Source: Candidatus Multivoradales bacterium
GTDB lineage: Bacteria; Acidobacteriota; Thermoanaerobaculia; Multivoradales; J023
Length of the DNA: 64,000 nt
Direction: 5' to 3'
Assembly: GCA_965248925.1 (NCBI GenBank)
Contig: CBDFLE010000006.1
Span: forward strand, 2,336,001-2,400,000
Shown: positions 47,844 to 57,565 of the stretch, one piece after another
How the letters are laid out: every line of letters starts with the position of its first letter
How positions within the stretch are numbered: the first letter of the stretch is position 1
Translations under genes and position numbers: made by a program
Notes under the pieces: model-generated
The model's input: only the letters and a program-made list of their open reading frames with translations
What the model was told of the DNA's origin: nothing
Database searches by the model: none

Positions 47844-48502
47844 GTAGCAAGCGGCGCACCCGCCTGCTACGCATCTGTTTCATTGTCCTTCCAGCCCTTG
47901 CCGCATCGCTAGCGGAGGCTGGCTGCTACTTCGTGCAGAATCAGACTACAGTCTGTTCTACCGATTTCTCCGGGACCACTTGCGAGACCAACACTTACCA
48001 CGACCTCATCTGCTCTGGCGGCGGTGGCGGTGGTGGTGGCGGCAGTGGCAGTGGCAGTGGCAGTGGCAGTGGCAGTGGCGGTGGCAGTAGTTTGACTTCA
48101 GCTCAGCAAGTTGCGATCGGGAATGCGATGGAAGTCGCAATGGGTCGTCTTTCATCCCTGAATTCATGCGCGACCATGTATGACTATCAAACTCTGAGTC
48201 CCACGAATGGCAATTCAATTCTGATGAACACGACCTACGTGAACGACTCGTTCTCCCCCACATGCAATCTCTACCCGAAGGCTATGTGGACATACAACGG
48301 CCCTCCATACAACAACGGCCCCCCTTATGTTGTGAGGGTTTGTCAGGGTATCAATAGTGGTTTTCGAACCATCGACATCGCCATGCTCATGCTTCACGAG
48401 TCTCTCCATTCGGCCGGCCAGCTCGAGGCGCCAGGCAATCCCGGGGCGCCAACTTCAGCTGACCTAAGCGGCTTTGTGCGCGACCGCTGCAACCTCGACT
48501 GA
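47840..48502 (+). CDS. Secreted Cys-rich protein with Gly/Ser linker and HExxH zincin motif
   Basis: Signal peptide (LAEA-G), CSGGGGGGGGGSGSGSGSGSG linker and MLHESLHSAG. GTGA overlap with the upstream gene. Confidence 0.75.
   Translation: MSSKRRTRLLRICFIVLPALAASLAEAGCYFVQNQTTVCSTDFSGTTCETNTYHDLICSGGGGGGGGGSGSGSGSGSGSGGGSSLTSAQQVAIGNAMEVAMGRLSSLNSCATMYDYQTLSPTNGNSILMNTTYVNDSFSPTCNLYPKAMWTYNGPPYNNGPPYVVRVCQGINSGFRTIDIAMLMLHESLHSAGQLEAPGNPGAPTSADLSGFVRDRCNLD
48041..48076 (+). repeat. (GGCAGT)6 in-frame microsatellite
   Basis: Six exact copies encoding the GS linker. Confidence 0.9.
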
Positions 48503-48529
48503 GGCGACGCCTTGGAGTTTCGCGCTTCT

Positions 48530-48575
48530 GCCGGTCATAAGGTGCCTGGCACTTCTTCTCGGCACTTCTTCTCGG
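48530..48575 (+). repeat. Dispersed repeat copy R3
   Basis: gccggtcataaggtgcctggcacttcttctcggcacttcttctcgg. Confidence 0.95.
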
Positions 48576-48926
48576 TTGCGTGGCCCACAAACCGCTGGCG
48601 AGCTGCGCGCCCGCAGTGAGCGTCTGCACCCATTCGCCAATGTCGACGAAGTCGAACAAATCCTGGGGGAGATGGCCGGCGGCTTCGATGCTCTGGTGCG
48701 CGAGCTGCCCCGCCAAGCCGGCAAACGTGAGATCCGCTGGATCCACCTGCTAGCCGACGAAGAAGCCGCTGCCGAACTCGCGGCCGCCACACCCGCGGCG
48801 TCGACCTCCCTCGGCCCGAGCCGCATCGCCAACAGCTCGCGCCTCGACCTCTTGGAAACCACCGTCGAGGAACTACGCGCCGAAATCGCCGAATTGCGCG
48901 GCCGCTTGGACGAACTCGGCGTCTAA
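48575..48926 (+). pseudogene. yceH: Headless second copy of the yceH 3' half
   Basis: Colinear with 44611..44962, with about 22 mismatches in 352 bp by manual count and no indels. Begins directly after R3. Confidence 0.92.
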
Positions 48927-48944
48927 CCGCCCAGCCAGTGACCT

Positions 48945-49667
48945 TCAGAGAGCTGGTTTCAACCCAGCCGACGCTCCAGCAGCGGCTGCCAAGCGGAAGC
49001 CATAGTCGCGGTAGCGCAGCCGCGGCGGGATCGAGCTGCGGGCGGCGCAGCGGCTGGCCTTGATGGCGTGGCGCCAAGAGCCACCGCGCGAAGCTCGCCG
49101 ATGGCCGCTGGCGGGTCCCCGCGGGTCGTGCTGCGGCGAACTGGCGTAGTAATCGGCTGCATACCAATCAGCACACCATTCATGGACGTTCTCGCCCAGG
49201 CCGAGAAAGCCCCACGGATGCAGCGAAGGGTAGGCATCTACCGCCTCCGGACCCTCCGACCAGCGTGACGCGTAGTCCGGCAACTGCTCGGGCGGCTCGT
49301 CGCCCCACGGATAGAGCACCTCGCGCCCAGCTTTGGCGGCGTACTCCCACTCTGATTCGGTGGGCAGTCGCAGAGGGTCCTGCAACTGCTCGCCGCGCCA
49401 CCGACAGTAGGCCACGGCATCTTCCCAAGACGGCCCGACGGCCGGCAGACGCGGGCCGACAAAGGCGGGCTCATCCCAGAACGGTGGTGGAGGATGACCG
49501 CTGGCATCGAGAAAGTGCTGGTATTCAGACCTGGTGAGGGACGCCCGCGCCAAGCGAAACGGTCCTAGCCGCACCCGATGCCGAGGGTTCTCGTTGTCCC
49601 GCAGGCCGCCGCCCATCCAAAACTCGCCAGCGGATACTTCGATCCAGTAGTTCTTTTCGTTCTGCAA
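48945..49667 (-). CDS. FGE-sulfatase (SUMF1/EgtB/PvdO) domain protein
   Basis: GEFWMG, RLPTESEWEYAA, YPWG, ENVHEWCADWY, RGGSW, GFR. Start TTG 49667 is assumed. Confidence 0.88.
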   Translation of the reverse strand: MQNEKNYWIEVSAGEFWMGGGLRDNENPRHRVRLGPFRLARASLTRSEYQHFLDASGHPPPPFWDEPAFVGPRLPAVGPSWEDAVAYCRWRGEQLQDPLRLPTESEWEYAAKAGREVLYPWGDEPPEQLPDYASRWSEGPEAVDAYPSLHPWGFLGLGENVHEWCADWYAADYYASSPQHDPRGPASGHRRASRGGSWRHAIKASRCAARSSIPPRLRYRDYGFRLAAAAGASAGLKPAL

Positions 49668-49684
49668 CTTGGCTCCCGGCCTGC

Positions 49685-52600
49685 TCAGGCGAGCTCTTCG
49701 ACCGTCTCCGCCGACGTGGCTGGCGGACTCGAGGGATTCGAGTGCCGCCACAGCCCACTCATCCAACCCCCCACGACTTCGAAACGGACGCTGATCCAAG
49801 GCAGCACCAAGAGGGTCAGCAAAGCCGAGCTGATCAACCCGCCCATCACCGTCAGGGCCAGTGGGTAGTAGAGCAGGTCAGCAACACTGGAGCCACCGAG
49901 GGCCAGCGGCAGCAGACCGATGATGGTGGTCGAAGCGGTCATCAAGATCGGCCGCAAGCGATCGCGCCCTGCCTCCAAGATAGCCTCTTCCCGCCCCATT
50001 CCAGCTTGCCGCAAGCGGTTGACGTGGTCGAGCAGGACAATACCGTTGTTGACCACGATTCCCATCAGGATCAGCAAGCCGATCTGTGCCATCAGGTTGA
50101 ACGGCGAGTCGGTGAGCGCCAGCAGCCAGAGCGCCCCGGGCAGCGCGAAGGGGATCGACCAGAGAATGGCCAGCGGCTGTGACAGCGATTCGAAGAGCGA
50201 CGCCATCACCAGATAGACCAGGGCTAGAGCGAGCAGGAAGTTGATCCCCATCTGGGCGTTCTGGGTGTCCTGTTCGAGCATCCGCGCGCCCCACGACCAG
50301 GAGTAGCCACTCGGCAGATCGAAGGCGTCCATCAGCGCGGCGATCTGCTGGCGGGTGTCTTGCCAATCCTCACCTTCATAGGTGGCAGCCAAACGCAGCC
50401 GCACTTTGCGGTTCTCGCGGCGGATTTGCTGCGGTTTCTCGATCACCTCGAAAGTGGCGATATCCCCCAGGGTGACCGGGCGGCCAGCGACCTCGCGGAA
50501 CTGTAGGGCACTGAGGTCGGCCAAGCTGGCGCGATCTTCGAGGCGCAACGCCAACCATGTCTCGACTTCCCGATCGGCGGCCCTGAAGCGGGGCAAACGT
50601 AGCCCACCAAGGGTAAAGCCGAAGACCTGCGACACTTCCTCGGCGGTCAGTCCCAACCGCGCCGCCTTGTCGCGGTCGATCCGCACCTGGATCTCCTGCT
50701 GGCCACGGCGGTGGCTGCTCGATAGGTCGACCACCCCGGCGACCGTCTCTAGCCGGCGCTCGGCTTCTTCCGCCAGGGTAGTCAGCAGTGCCGAGTCCTG
50801 GCCGTAGAAATTGACCGAGAAGAAGGTGCTGCCGCCGCCAGAGTCCTCGTCCTCGTTGAAACGCAGATCGACGCCGGCGATCTCGGGCAAAAGCTCGCGA
50901 ATGCGACCGCGCAGCCGCTTGAACTGCTTGGCGGAGAGGCTCTGTTGATCGTCCAGGCTGAGGGTGGTCTGCGCCCGGTTGGAGGCGAAGAAGCTGTACA
51001 TCGACGACAGGCCGAGGTCTTCCAGCCGCGGTCCCAGCACCGCCTCGACTTCTTCTACTGCCTGCTTGGCCGCGGACTTGTAGGTAAAGCCGGAGAAATC
51101 GTAGACCAGAAAATAACGATCGTTGACCCTCGCCGAGAACATCCCGGTCTCCACCATGCCGGTAAAGAGGGGCAGCAGGCCCATCGCCAACGCCAGCAGT
51201 AGCAGCAGCGCGGTCCACCCATTTCGCCGCAGGGTCCAGCGCAGGGCCGCGACATAGAGTCGCTCCAGGCGAACCAAGCTCTTCGGCGGCGCGGCTGCCG
51301 GGCCGCGCAAGAACCTGGAACTGACCAAGGGAATCAAGGTAAGCGAGGCGAACAACGAGCAGACCAGAGCCAGCGAGATGGTCAGGCCCACTTCGCCCAA
51401 CCAGGTGGTGAGGTCGCTCTTCGAGCCGATGATCAGCGGCAAGAAAACGATCAGCGAAGTCAGGGTCGAAGCGCTGACCGCCAACCACACCTGGCTGGCG
51501 CCGACCTCGGCAGCACGCTTCGCATCGCCATCTTCACGGCGCCGACGGTCGATCGATTCCAACACCACGATGGCGTTGTCCACCAGCATGCCCACGCCGA
51601 GCATCAAACCCATCATCGACAGCACATTGAGGGTCTTGCCAAGGAAGTACATCACGCCGCCGGCAGCGACAATCGAGAACGGAATCGACAGCGAGACGAT
51701 CAGCGTCGGCCCCAGACGGCGGAAGAAAAGATAGAGCACCACAATGGCCAGCAAGGCACCCAGCAGCCCCGCTCGAGTGAGGCCATTGAGGGCGCTGGTG
51801 ATCTGCTCGGCCTGGTCGTCGAAAACAAATAGGTCGATGCCCTGCAACAACGGATCGGTGTTGATGTCGTTGTGGATCACCGCCATCACCCGGTGGACGA
51901 CCTCGACGGTGTTGGCGGTCGACTCTTTGAACACCGTCACCGCCACCGCGTCCTTGCGATTGAGATGCCGGCTGTAGGCGATCGCCGGTTCCTCGAAACG
52001 CACCCTGGCGACGTCGCGCAGGCGTAGGCCGCGCGGATCGATCACCAGCTCTTCGAGGTCGGCTATGGAGTTGAGTTCGCTGACCGCACGGGCGGTGTAC
52101 CGCATGCCGCCGGCGCTGACCTCGCCCAACACCAGATTGGAAGTGGTGCCAAACATGCGGTCGATCAGGTCGCCGATATCGACCCCGTGGCGTTTGATGT
52201 CGTCGAGCACCAGCTCGATGTAGATCTCCTTTGGCGCCACCCCATCGAGATCGACCCGCGCCACCCCTGGCACCCGCCGCAGACGATTCTGCACCCGCGC
52301 TTCGAGCAGCTCATAGCTCGCCGAGAGGTCCACCCCGTCGGCCGACAGGCGGGCCTCGACCACTGGAATGTCGTTGGTGTTGAACGAGGCAATGAGAATC
52401 TCGCCAATGCCCGTGGGTAGTTCGGAACGCACCTGCTCCATCTTCTCGGAGACCTGCATGCGCACGATATCGATCTCGTGTCCCCAGTCGAACTCGAGCT
52501 GAAATTGGGCCTGGTCGGCGCTGGCGTCCGAGCGCATGCGTTTGACCCCGGAGAGGGTCGCCAACACTTCCTCGACCGGCTTGACGACCTCGCGCTCGAT

Positions 52601-52804
52601 CTGCCCCGGACTGGAACTCGGATAGGGGATCTGGATCGAGATGAAGGGGATATCCACCGTCGGCAAAAAGGCCAACTTGAGGCGGCCGAAGGCGATACCA
52701 CCGAAAAGCAGCACGCTGAGCAACACCATGCAGGTGGTGATCGGCCGGCGTACCGCCAGGCGCGGCAGCTCGAGCCCGCCGCGGCCTTTCTCGACCGTAC
52801 TCAC
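49685..52804 (-). CDS. RND efflux permease (AcrB family)
   Basis: GMLVDNAIVVLESI, GIVVNNGIVLLD, RLRPILMT. 1039 aa. Confidence 0.96.
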   Translation of the reverse strand: MSTVEKGRGGLELPRLAVRRPITTCMVLLSVLLFGGIAFGRLKLAFLPTVDIPFISIQIPYPSSSPGQIEREVVKPVEEVLATLSGVKRMRSDASADQAQFQLEFDWGHEIDIVRMQVSEKMEQVRSELPTGIGEILIASFNTNDIPVVEARLSADGVDLSASYELLEARVQNRLRRVPGVARVDLDGVAPKEIYIELVLDDIKRHGVDIGDLIDRMFGTTSNLVLGEVSAGGMRYTARAVSELNSIADLEELVIDPRGLRLRDVARVRFEEPAIAYSRHLNRKDAVAVTVFKESTANTVEVVHRVMAVIHNDINTDPLLQGIDLFVFDDQAEQITSALNGLTRAGLLGALLAIVVLYLFFRRLGPTLIVSLSIPFSIVAAGGVMYFLGKTLNVLSMMGLMLGVGMLVDNAIVVLESIDRRRREDGDAKRAAEVGASQVWLAVSASTLTSLIVFLPLIIGSKSDLTTWLGEVGLTISLALVCSLFASLTLIPLVSSRFLRGPAAAPPKSLVRLERLYVAALRWTLRRNGWTALLLLLALAMGLLPLFTGMVETGMFSARVNDRYFLVYDFSGFTYKSAAKQAVEEVEAVLGPRLEDLGLSSMYSFFASNRAQTTLSLDDQQSLSAKQFKRLRGRIRELLPEIAGVDLRFNEDEDSGGGSTFFSVNFYGQDSALLTTLAEEAERRLETVAGVVDLSSSHRRGQQEIQVRIDRDKAARLGLTAEEVSQVFGFTLGGLRLPRFRAADREVETWLALRLEDRASLADLSALQFREVAGRPVTLGDIATFEVIEKPQQIRRENRKVRLRLAATYEGEDWQDTRQQIAALMDAFDLPSGYSWSWGARMLEQDTQNAQMGINFLLALALVYLVMASLFESLSQPLAILWSIPFALPGALWLLALTDSPFNLMAQIGLLILMGIVVNNGIVLLDHVNRLRQAGMGREEAILEAGRDRLRPILMTASTTIIGLLPLALGGSSVADLLYYPLALTVMGGLISSALLTLLVLPWISVRFEVVGGWMSGLWRHSNPSSPPATSAETVEELA

Positions 52805-55800
52805 GAAGCCACCTCCGGCGCCGCCGCCAACTCACCAGCCGAGTCCGGCGCCGCCACCGGCGCTCGCCGCGGCGAACGCGATTGCAGCAACGAACAGACC
52901 ACCGGAATCACCACCAGGGTCAGCACCGTCGCCACCGCTAGGCCGCCGATGACAGTGATCGCCAGCGGCGCCCGCAGCTCGGCACCCTCACCCAGGCCCA
53001 GCGCCATCGGCAGCAAACCGAAGATGGTGGTCGCCGAGGTCATCAAGATCGGCCGCAGCCGCTGGCGACCAGCCTCGATCAAGGCGGCGTGCAGCTCCAG
53101 GCCCTGGTCGCGGCGCAGGCGGTTGACGGCATCGACCAAGACGATGGCGTTGTTGACCACGATGCCAGCCAGCATCACCGCGCCGATTAGGGCCACTACA
53201 TTGACCGTCCGGCCGCTGAGTGCCAGCGCACCGATCACCCCGATGGCCCCCAACGGCAAGGTGAAGATGATCACCAACGGTTGCACGAACGACTCGAATT
53301 GCGACGCCATCACCAGATAAACCAGGAAGACCGCCAAGGCGAGGGCAAAGAGCAGGGAATTCAACGAACGCTCCATCTCCTGCTGCTGGCCACCCAGGTC
53401 GGCGGTGACCCCGGCAGGCAGCGGGGCTTTGGCTATCAGCCGCCGCAGGTCAGCCGCCACGGCGCCCATGTCGCGGCCCGCCAGGTCGGCTGAGATCAGT
53501 GCCGCGCGCTTCTGTCCAAGGCGGCGAATCTCGGCCGGCCCTTCCGCCAGCCGTAGATCGGCCACCGCCTTGAGCCGAATCGGCACCCCATCACGTTCGG
53601 CCAAGATCAGATTGCCGACATCGTCGAGGGTCGCTTCTCCCAGCTGCACCGAGCGCACCAGGATGTCGATCTCGCGCTCACCTCGGGTCAGGCGGGTGGC
53701 GACATCGCCCTGCACCTTGTTGCGCACTGTCGCGGCCACCGCCGCAAGATCCAAACCGAGACGGGCGAGTTGGTCGCGGCGAAAACCGACCTGCAACTCG
53801 GGATTGCCCAGCTCGGCCGAGGATTTGACATCGACCAGGCCGGCGACCTCTCCGAGCTCGCCTTTGATCAACTCCGCGGCAGCGTGCAGTTCCTCCAGCC
53901 GGTCGCCGTATAGTTCAATCTCGACCGGCGTTCGAAAACTAAATACCGATGGGCGCTCGAGTTCGAAGCGCGCTTGCTCAACCTTCTCCAGATTTTGACG
54001 CAGCTGCGCAATCACCGCCGCCTCGTCTTCCTGAGAGGTGCCTGAGGCCATGCGGACCTGGAGACGGCCCACGTTCTCGCCCTCGGTACCGGTATTCGAC
54101 AACGCCAGGCCCGCTCCGCCGGCGGTGGAGGCAAAAGTCTGGATTCGAGAATCGTCTGCAAGCCCACTTTGTAGTTCCGCCAAATAGCGATCGGTCACCG
54201 CCAGCGGCGTGCCCTCGGGTAGCTCGACCCGGAAGGCGAACTCACCCTGGGAAATGGTCGGAATCAGATCAAGTCCCAGTCGCGGCACCAACCACAAGGC
54301 TCCGGCAAGCAGCACCAGGGCGGTCAGCATGACCACCGCGCGCGCTCCCAGAGCACGTTGCAGGAGGCGGGGATAGGCTGCGCTCACGGTGCCCAGCAAT
54401 TGATCGAAGACCCAGCCAAACGGCCGCAGGAGACGACTCAGCAAGTAGCCCAAACCGCCCACCAGCCGCCTCGTCCCGAGCAGCAGGAAAGTCGGCAGGC
54501 GGACGGTGAAAAGATGAGCCCCACGGCGCCAACGGCCGGCCGTCGCCGCGAGCGGCGGGACCGCCACCCTCCCGCTCTCACCGCCGGCCAGCGCTGCCAA
54601 CATTGGAATGACGGTCAGCGACACGGCCAGTGACGCGATCAGTGAGAACGATACGGTGAGAGCCTGATCGCGAAACAGCTGTGCCGCCACCCCTTCGAGA
54701 AAAACCACCGGCAAGAACACCGCCACTGTGGTCAAGGTGGAAGCCGCCACTGCCCGGCCGACTTCGGAGGCACCCTGACGCGCCGCGGCGAAGGCTTCCT
54801 CGCCCGCTTCGCGACGCCGGTGGATAGCCTCTAGCACGACGATGGCGTTATCCACCAGCATGCCGACCCCGAGAGCTAAACCACCCAAAGACATGATGTT
54901 GAGACTAGTGCCGGTGCGGTACATGAGAAAGAAGGTAGCGATGATAGACAGAGGGATCGACAGGCCGATGATCAAGGTCGAGCGCAGATCCTTGAGGAAG
55001 AGCAAGAGCACCAAGATGGCGATCAAACCGCCGACCAGGGCATTGCTGAGCACCTCGCGGATCGAGGCTTCGATGAAATGCGATTGATCGACACCAGTGG
55101 CCAGTTCGACTTCCGCGGGCAGCTCGTCGCTCAGTTTTTCGAGCCGCGCGCGCACCGCTCGGGCCATCGCCACGGTGTTGGCATCGCCCTCCTTGTAGAG
55201 CGCCAGCTCGACCGCCTCGCGACCGCCGAAGCGGGTCACCACCTGACGCCGCCGGTGACCGCGGCGAACGGTGGCGACATCGGCCAGGGTCACCAGGCGA
55301 TCGCCCTCGGCGCGCACCACGGTGGCTCGAATGTCGTCGAGGTTCTCGAATTCGTTGCGGGCGCGCACCAGATAGCGCGCTTCTTTCTCGTACAAGCTAC
55401 CGCCAGCGCGGTTGACATTCTCCCGCGCCAGGCGATCGCGCACCTCTTCGATGCTCAATCCCAACAGCGCCAGCTGATCCTGGTCGACCTCGACTTGGAT
55501 CTCTTCCTCGAAGCCACCCAGTACCTTGACTGCCGCCAGACCAGGGGTCGATTCGAGGTCCTTCTTCAACACCTCTTCAGCCAAGTAGCGCAGCTGATAG
55601 AGGTCTTCGCTGCCACCCTCTTCTTGGTTGTTGCTGAGGTAGAGCCGCAGCACCGGATCGTTAGCGGGATCGAAGCGCAGCAACACCGGCTTGGAGGATT
55701 CGCGCGGCAGGCGCACCAGATCGAGCTTCTGCCGCACATCGAGGGCGGCAAAGTCCATCTGCCGGCCCCAGCCGAACTCCAGAGACACTTGCGACAGGCC

Positions 55801-56058
55801 GGGACGGGACACTGAGGTCAGCCTTTCGACCCCGCTGACCACCCCAGCCGCCTCCTCGATCGGTCGGGTCAGCAGCGCCTCAACCTCGGCCGGCGCGGCC
55901 CCGGGCAGGCGAGTCTCCACGGTCAGGCTGGGATAGGTAAGATCGGGTAGCAGATGAACCGGCAGACGGGAGAAGGCCACGCCGCCGAACATCATCAGGG
56001 CAAGCGCCACCATGGCGACGGTCACCCGACGCCGGAGAGAGAACTCGACGATACCCAT
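52801..56058 (-). CDS. RND efflux permease (AcrB family)
   Basis: GMLVDNAIVVLEAI, GIVVNNAIVLVD, RLRPILMT. 1085 aa. Confidence 0.96.
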   Translation of the reverse strand: MGIVEFSLRRRVTVAMVALALMMFGGVAFSRLPVHLLPDLTYPSLTVETRLPGAAPAEVEALLTRPIEEAAGVVSGVERLTSVSRPGLSQVSLEFGWGRQMDFAALDVRQKLDLVRLPRESSKPVLLRFDPANDPVLRLYLSNNQEEGGSEDLYQLRYLAEEVLKKDLESTPGLAAVKVLGGFEEEIQVEVDQDQLALLGLSIEEVRDRLARENVNRAGGSLYEKEARYLVRARNEFENLDDIRATVVRAEGDRLVTLADVATVRRGHRRRQVVTRFGGREAVELALYKEGDANTVAMARAVRARLEKLSDELPAEVELATGVDQSHFIEASIREVLSNALVGGLIAILVLLLFLKDLRSTLIIGLSIPLSIIATFFLMYRTGTSLNIMSLGGLALGVGMLVDNAIVVLEAIHRRREAGEEAFAAARQGASEVGRAVAASTLTTVAVFLPVVFLEGVAAQLFRDQALTVSFSLIASLAVSLTVIPMLAALAGGESGRVAVPPLAATAGRWRRGAHLFTVRLPTFLLLGTRRLVGGLGYLLSRLLRPFGWVFDQLLGTVSAAYPRLLQRALGARAVVMLTALVLLAGALWLVPRLGLDLIPTISQGEFAFRVELPEGTPLAVTDRYLAELQSGLADDSRIQTFASTAGGAGLALSNTGTEGENVGRLQVRMASGTSQEDEAAVIAQLRQNLEKVEQARFELERPSVFSFRTPVEIELYGDRLEELHAAAELIKGELGEVAGLVDVKSSAELGNPELQVGFRRDQLARLGLDLAAVAATVRNKVQGDVATRLTRGEREIDILVRSVQLGEATLDDVGNLILAERDGVPIRLKAVADLRLAEGPAEIRRLGQKRAALISADLAGRDMGAVAADLRRLIAKAPLPAGVTADLGGQQQEMERSLNSLLFALALAVFLVYLVMASQFESFVQPLVIIFTLPLGAIGVIGALALSGRTVNVVALIGAVMLAGIVVNNAIVLVDAVNRLRRDQGLELHAALIEAGRQRLRPILMTSATTIFGLLPMALGLGEGAELRAPLAITVIGGLAVATVLTLVVIPVVCSLLQSRSPRRAPVAAPDSAGELAAAPEVAS

Positions 56059-56061
56059 GGC

Positions 56062-57198
56062 TTAGCCGACCACTACCGGGTTGGCAGGTGGGGAGGCGGC
56101 GGAGTCCGCATCGAGTTGCTTGACCGTGCTGCCGTCCTCCAGGCCGCCCTGGCCGGCGACGATGATCTGCTCGCCAGCAGCGACGCCACTGAGCGCCTCG
56201 ACCTGGTCCCCTTCCTCGATCCCCAGAGTCACCAAACGGCGTTCGGCTTGGCCATCCCGGTAGACGAAGATGAAGGCTTTTTGCAGTTCGCGAACCACCG
56301 CACCACGGGGGATCAAAGCGACTTCGGTACGGGTTTCGCGAACGATGTCGACCCGCACAAAAGCACCGGGGCGAACCTCTGCCGGCGGTGAACCCACCTC
56401 GATGGTGACTTTGACCGTGCCGGTGGCGGTGTCCACCACCGGGCTGATCTGCCGCACCCGGCCGACAAACTCGGTCGCCTCGTTGGCTTTGAGCGCCAAC
56501 CGCACCCGCCGTCCGAGGTCGAGCGCCAGCACGTCGCGCTCGGGAAGGTAGATGCGCGCCACCAGCGGATCAAAATCCGCCACGGTGAAGAGTTCGTCAC
56601 CGATCCGCACATGCTGTCCGGGCTGCACCATGCGCTGGGTAACACGGCCAGCAAAGGGAGCGCGGATCTGCGTCTTGGTCAGCCGCCAGCGAGCTTCGGC
56701 AAGTTCCTGGCGCGCGATCTCGCTCTCCAGTCGGGTTCGCTCGAAAGCTTCCGGGCTGAGCAGCTCTTGCTCGTGGAGGTGAGTGGCCCGAGTGTAGACA
56801 TGCTGCTGAGTCTCGGCTTTGATCCGCGCCTTCTCGACCGCGATTTCTCCGTCTTCGGGGGCCAGCAGGGCAAGAAGCGCCCCCTTCTTGACCCAATCGC
56901 CTTCCTCGACCCGCAGCTCGGTCAGCCGTCCCTGCCACTCGGCCAACACCTTGACTTCGTTCTCGGGCACGAGGTTGGCGGTGGTCGAAATGTAGGACGA
57001 GACAGCGCCAGTGCCGACCGCGGTGGTGCGCACTGGAATGGCGACCGTGGCCGGCGTCGCCTCCTCGACCGGCGACGATCCAACGGCAGGGTTAGAGCCG
57101 GCGCTAGCCGCGTTGACCAGGTAGAAAACGGATATGACGATTACTAAACCACCGAGCGCCGCGGACAGCATCGGTAGATTCTTGCGAGTTTTGACCAT
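56062..57198 (-). CDS. RND periplasmic adaptor (membrane fusion protein)
   Basis: VEEGDWVKKG, IRAPFAG, ISPVVDTATGT, and an N-terminal TM segment. Confidence 0.94.
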   Translation of the reverse strand: MVKTRKNLPMLSAALGGLVIVISVFYLVNAASAGSNPAVGSSPVEEATPATVAIPVRTTAVGTGAVSSYISTTANLVPENEVKVLAEWQGRLTELRVEEGDWVKKGALLALLAPEDGEIAVEKARIKAETQQHVYTRATHLHEQELLSPEAFERTRLESEIARQELAEARWRLTKTQIRAPFAGRVTQRMVQPGQHVRIGDELFTVADFDPLVARIYLPERDVLALDLGRRVRLALKANEATEFVGRVRQISPVVDTATGTVKVTIEVGSPPAEVRPGAFVRVDIVRETRTEVALIPRGAVVRELQKAFIFVYRDGQAERRLVTLGIEEGDQVEALSGVAAGEQIIVAGQGGLEDGSTVKQLDADSAASPPANPVVVG

Positions 57199-57306
57199 GA
57201 CATCTCCCTCGGTGGGCCTGAGACCGGGGTGAACAAGCAGTTGCGAGTGCGGTGTAAGAAGGCAGTGTAAGAAGAGCGAGCGTTAGAAGTCGCTCTGCTA
57301 AGACAC

Positions 57307-57332
57307 TACGCCGCCATTCGGCAATTGTTACC
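57307..57332 (-). promoter_or_regulatory. Putative ECF-sigma promoter of the RND operon
   Basis: Minus strand reads GGTAAC-N16-CGTA. Confidence 0.45.
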
Positions 57333-57565
57333 AGCGCTCTTCACCAAGATAGACGCTGGTGGGCGGCTGAAAGTTCCCGGGCCAGCTGCGCTGCGCCTTC
57401 AGCGGTTTGGTCTCGACGTCTCGACGGCAGGCCGGCGCGCTTGCTATCCTGCCGCGAAGTCATGCACCGGATCAGCAAACGGCGGCAGCCGAGCGCTGCC
57501 CACCTGGAATCCAGAACGTGAAACCCAGACTGTGCAACCCGTGAGTTGTACGAGGAGCCCAAGCG

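Noticed and set aside
48006-48263. Minus-strand ORF with a CHCHCH metal-binding-like tract
   Set aside because: It is the antisense reading of the (GGCAGT)n Gly-Ser linker.
46371-48575. R1-R3 as a CRISPR array
   Set aside because: Spacing is 72 bp and about 2 kb, repeat lengths differ, and no cas genes are present.
48474-48926. 150 aa ORF as a second functional yceH
   Set aside because: Its N-terminus is built from the end of the peptidase gene and repeat R3, and the conserved YceH N-terminal half is missing.
48945-49667. True formylglycine-generating enzyme maturing the sulfatase at 28763..30637
   Set aside because: It lacks the paired catalytic cysteines after RGGS (only one Cys, in SRCAAR), and the sulfatase lacks the CxPxR target.
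49685-57198. Two adjacent RND permeases as a novelty
   Set aside because: An MFP plus paired RND subunits is a known, common arrangement (MdtABC-like).
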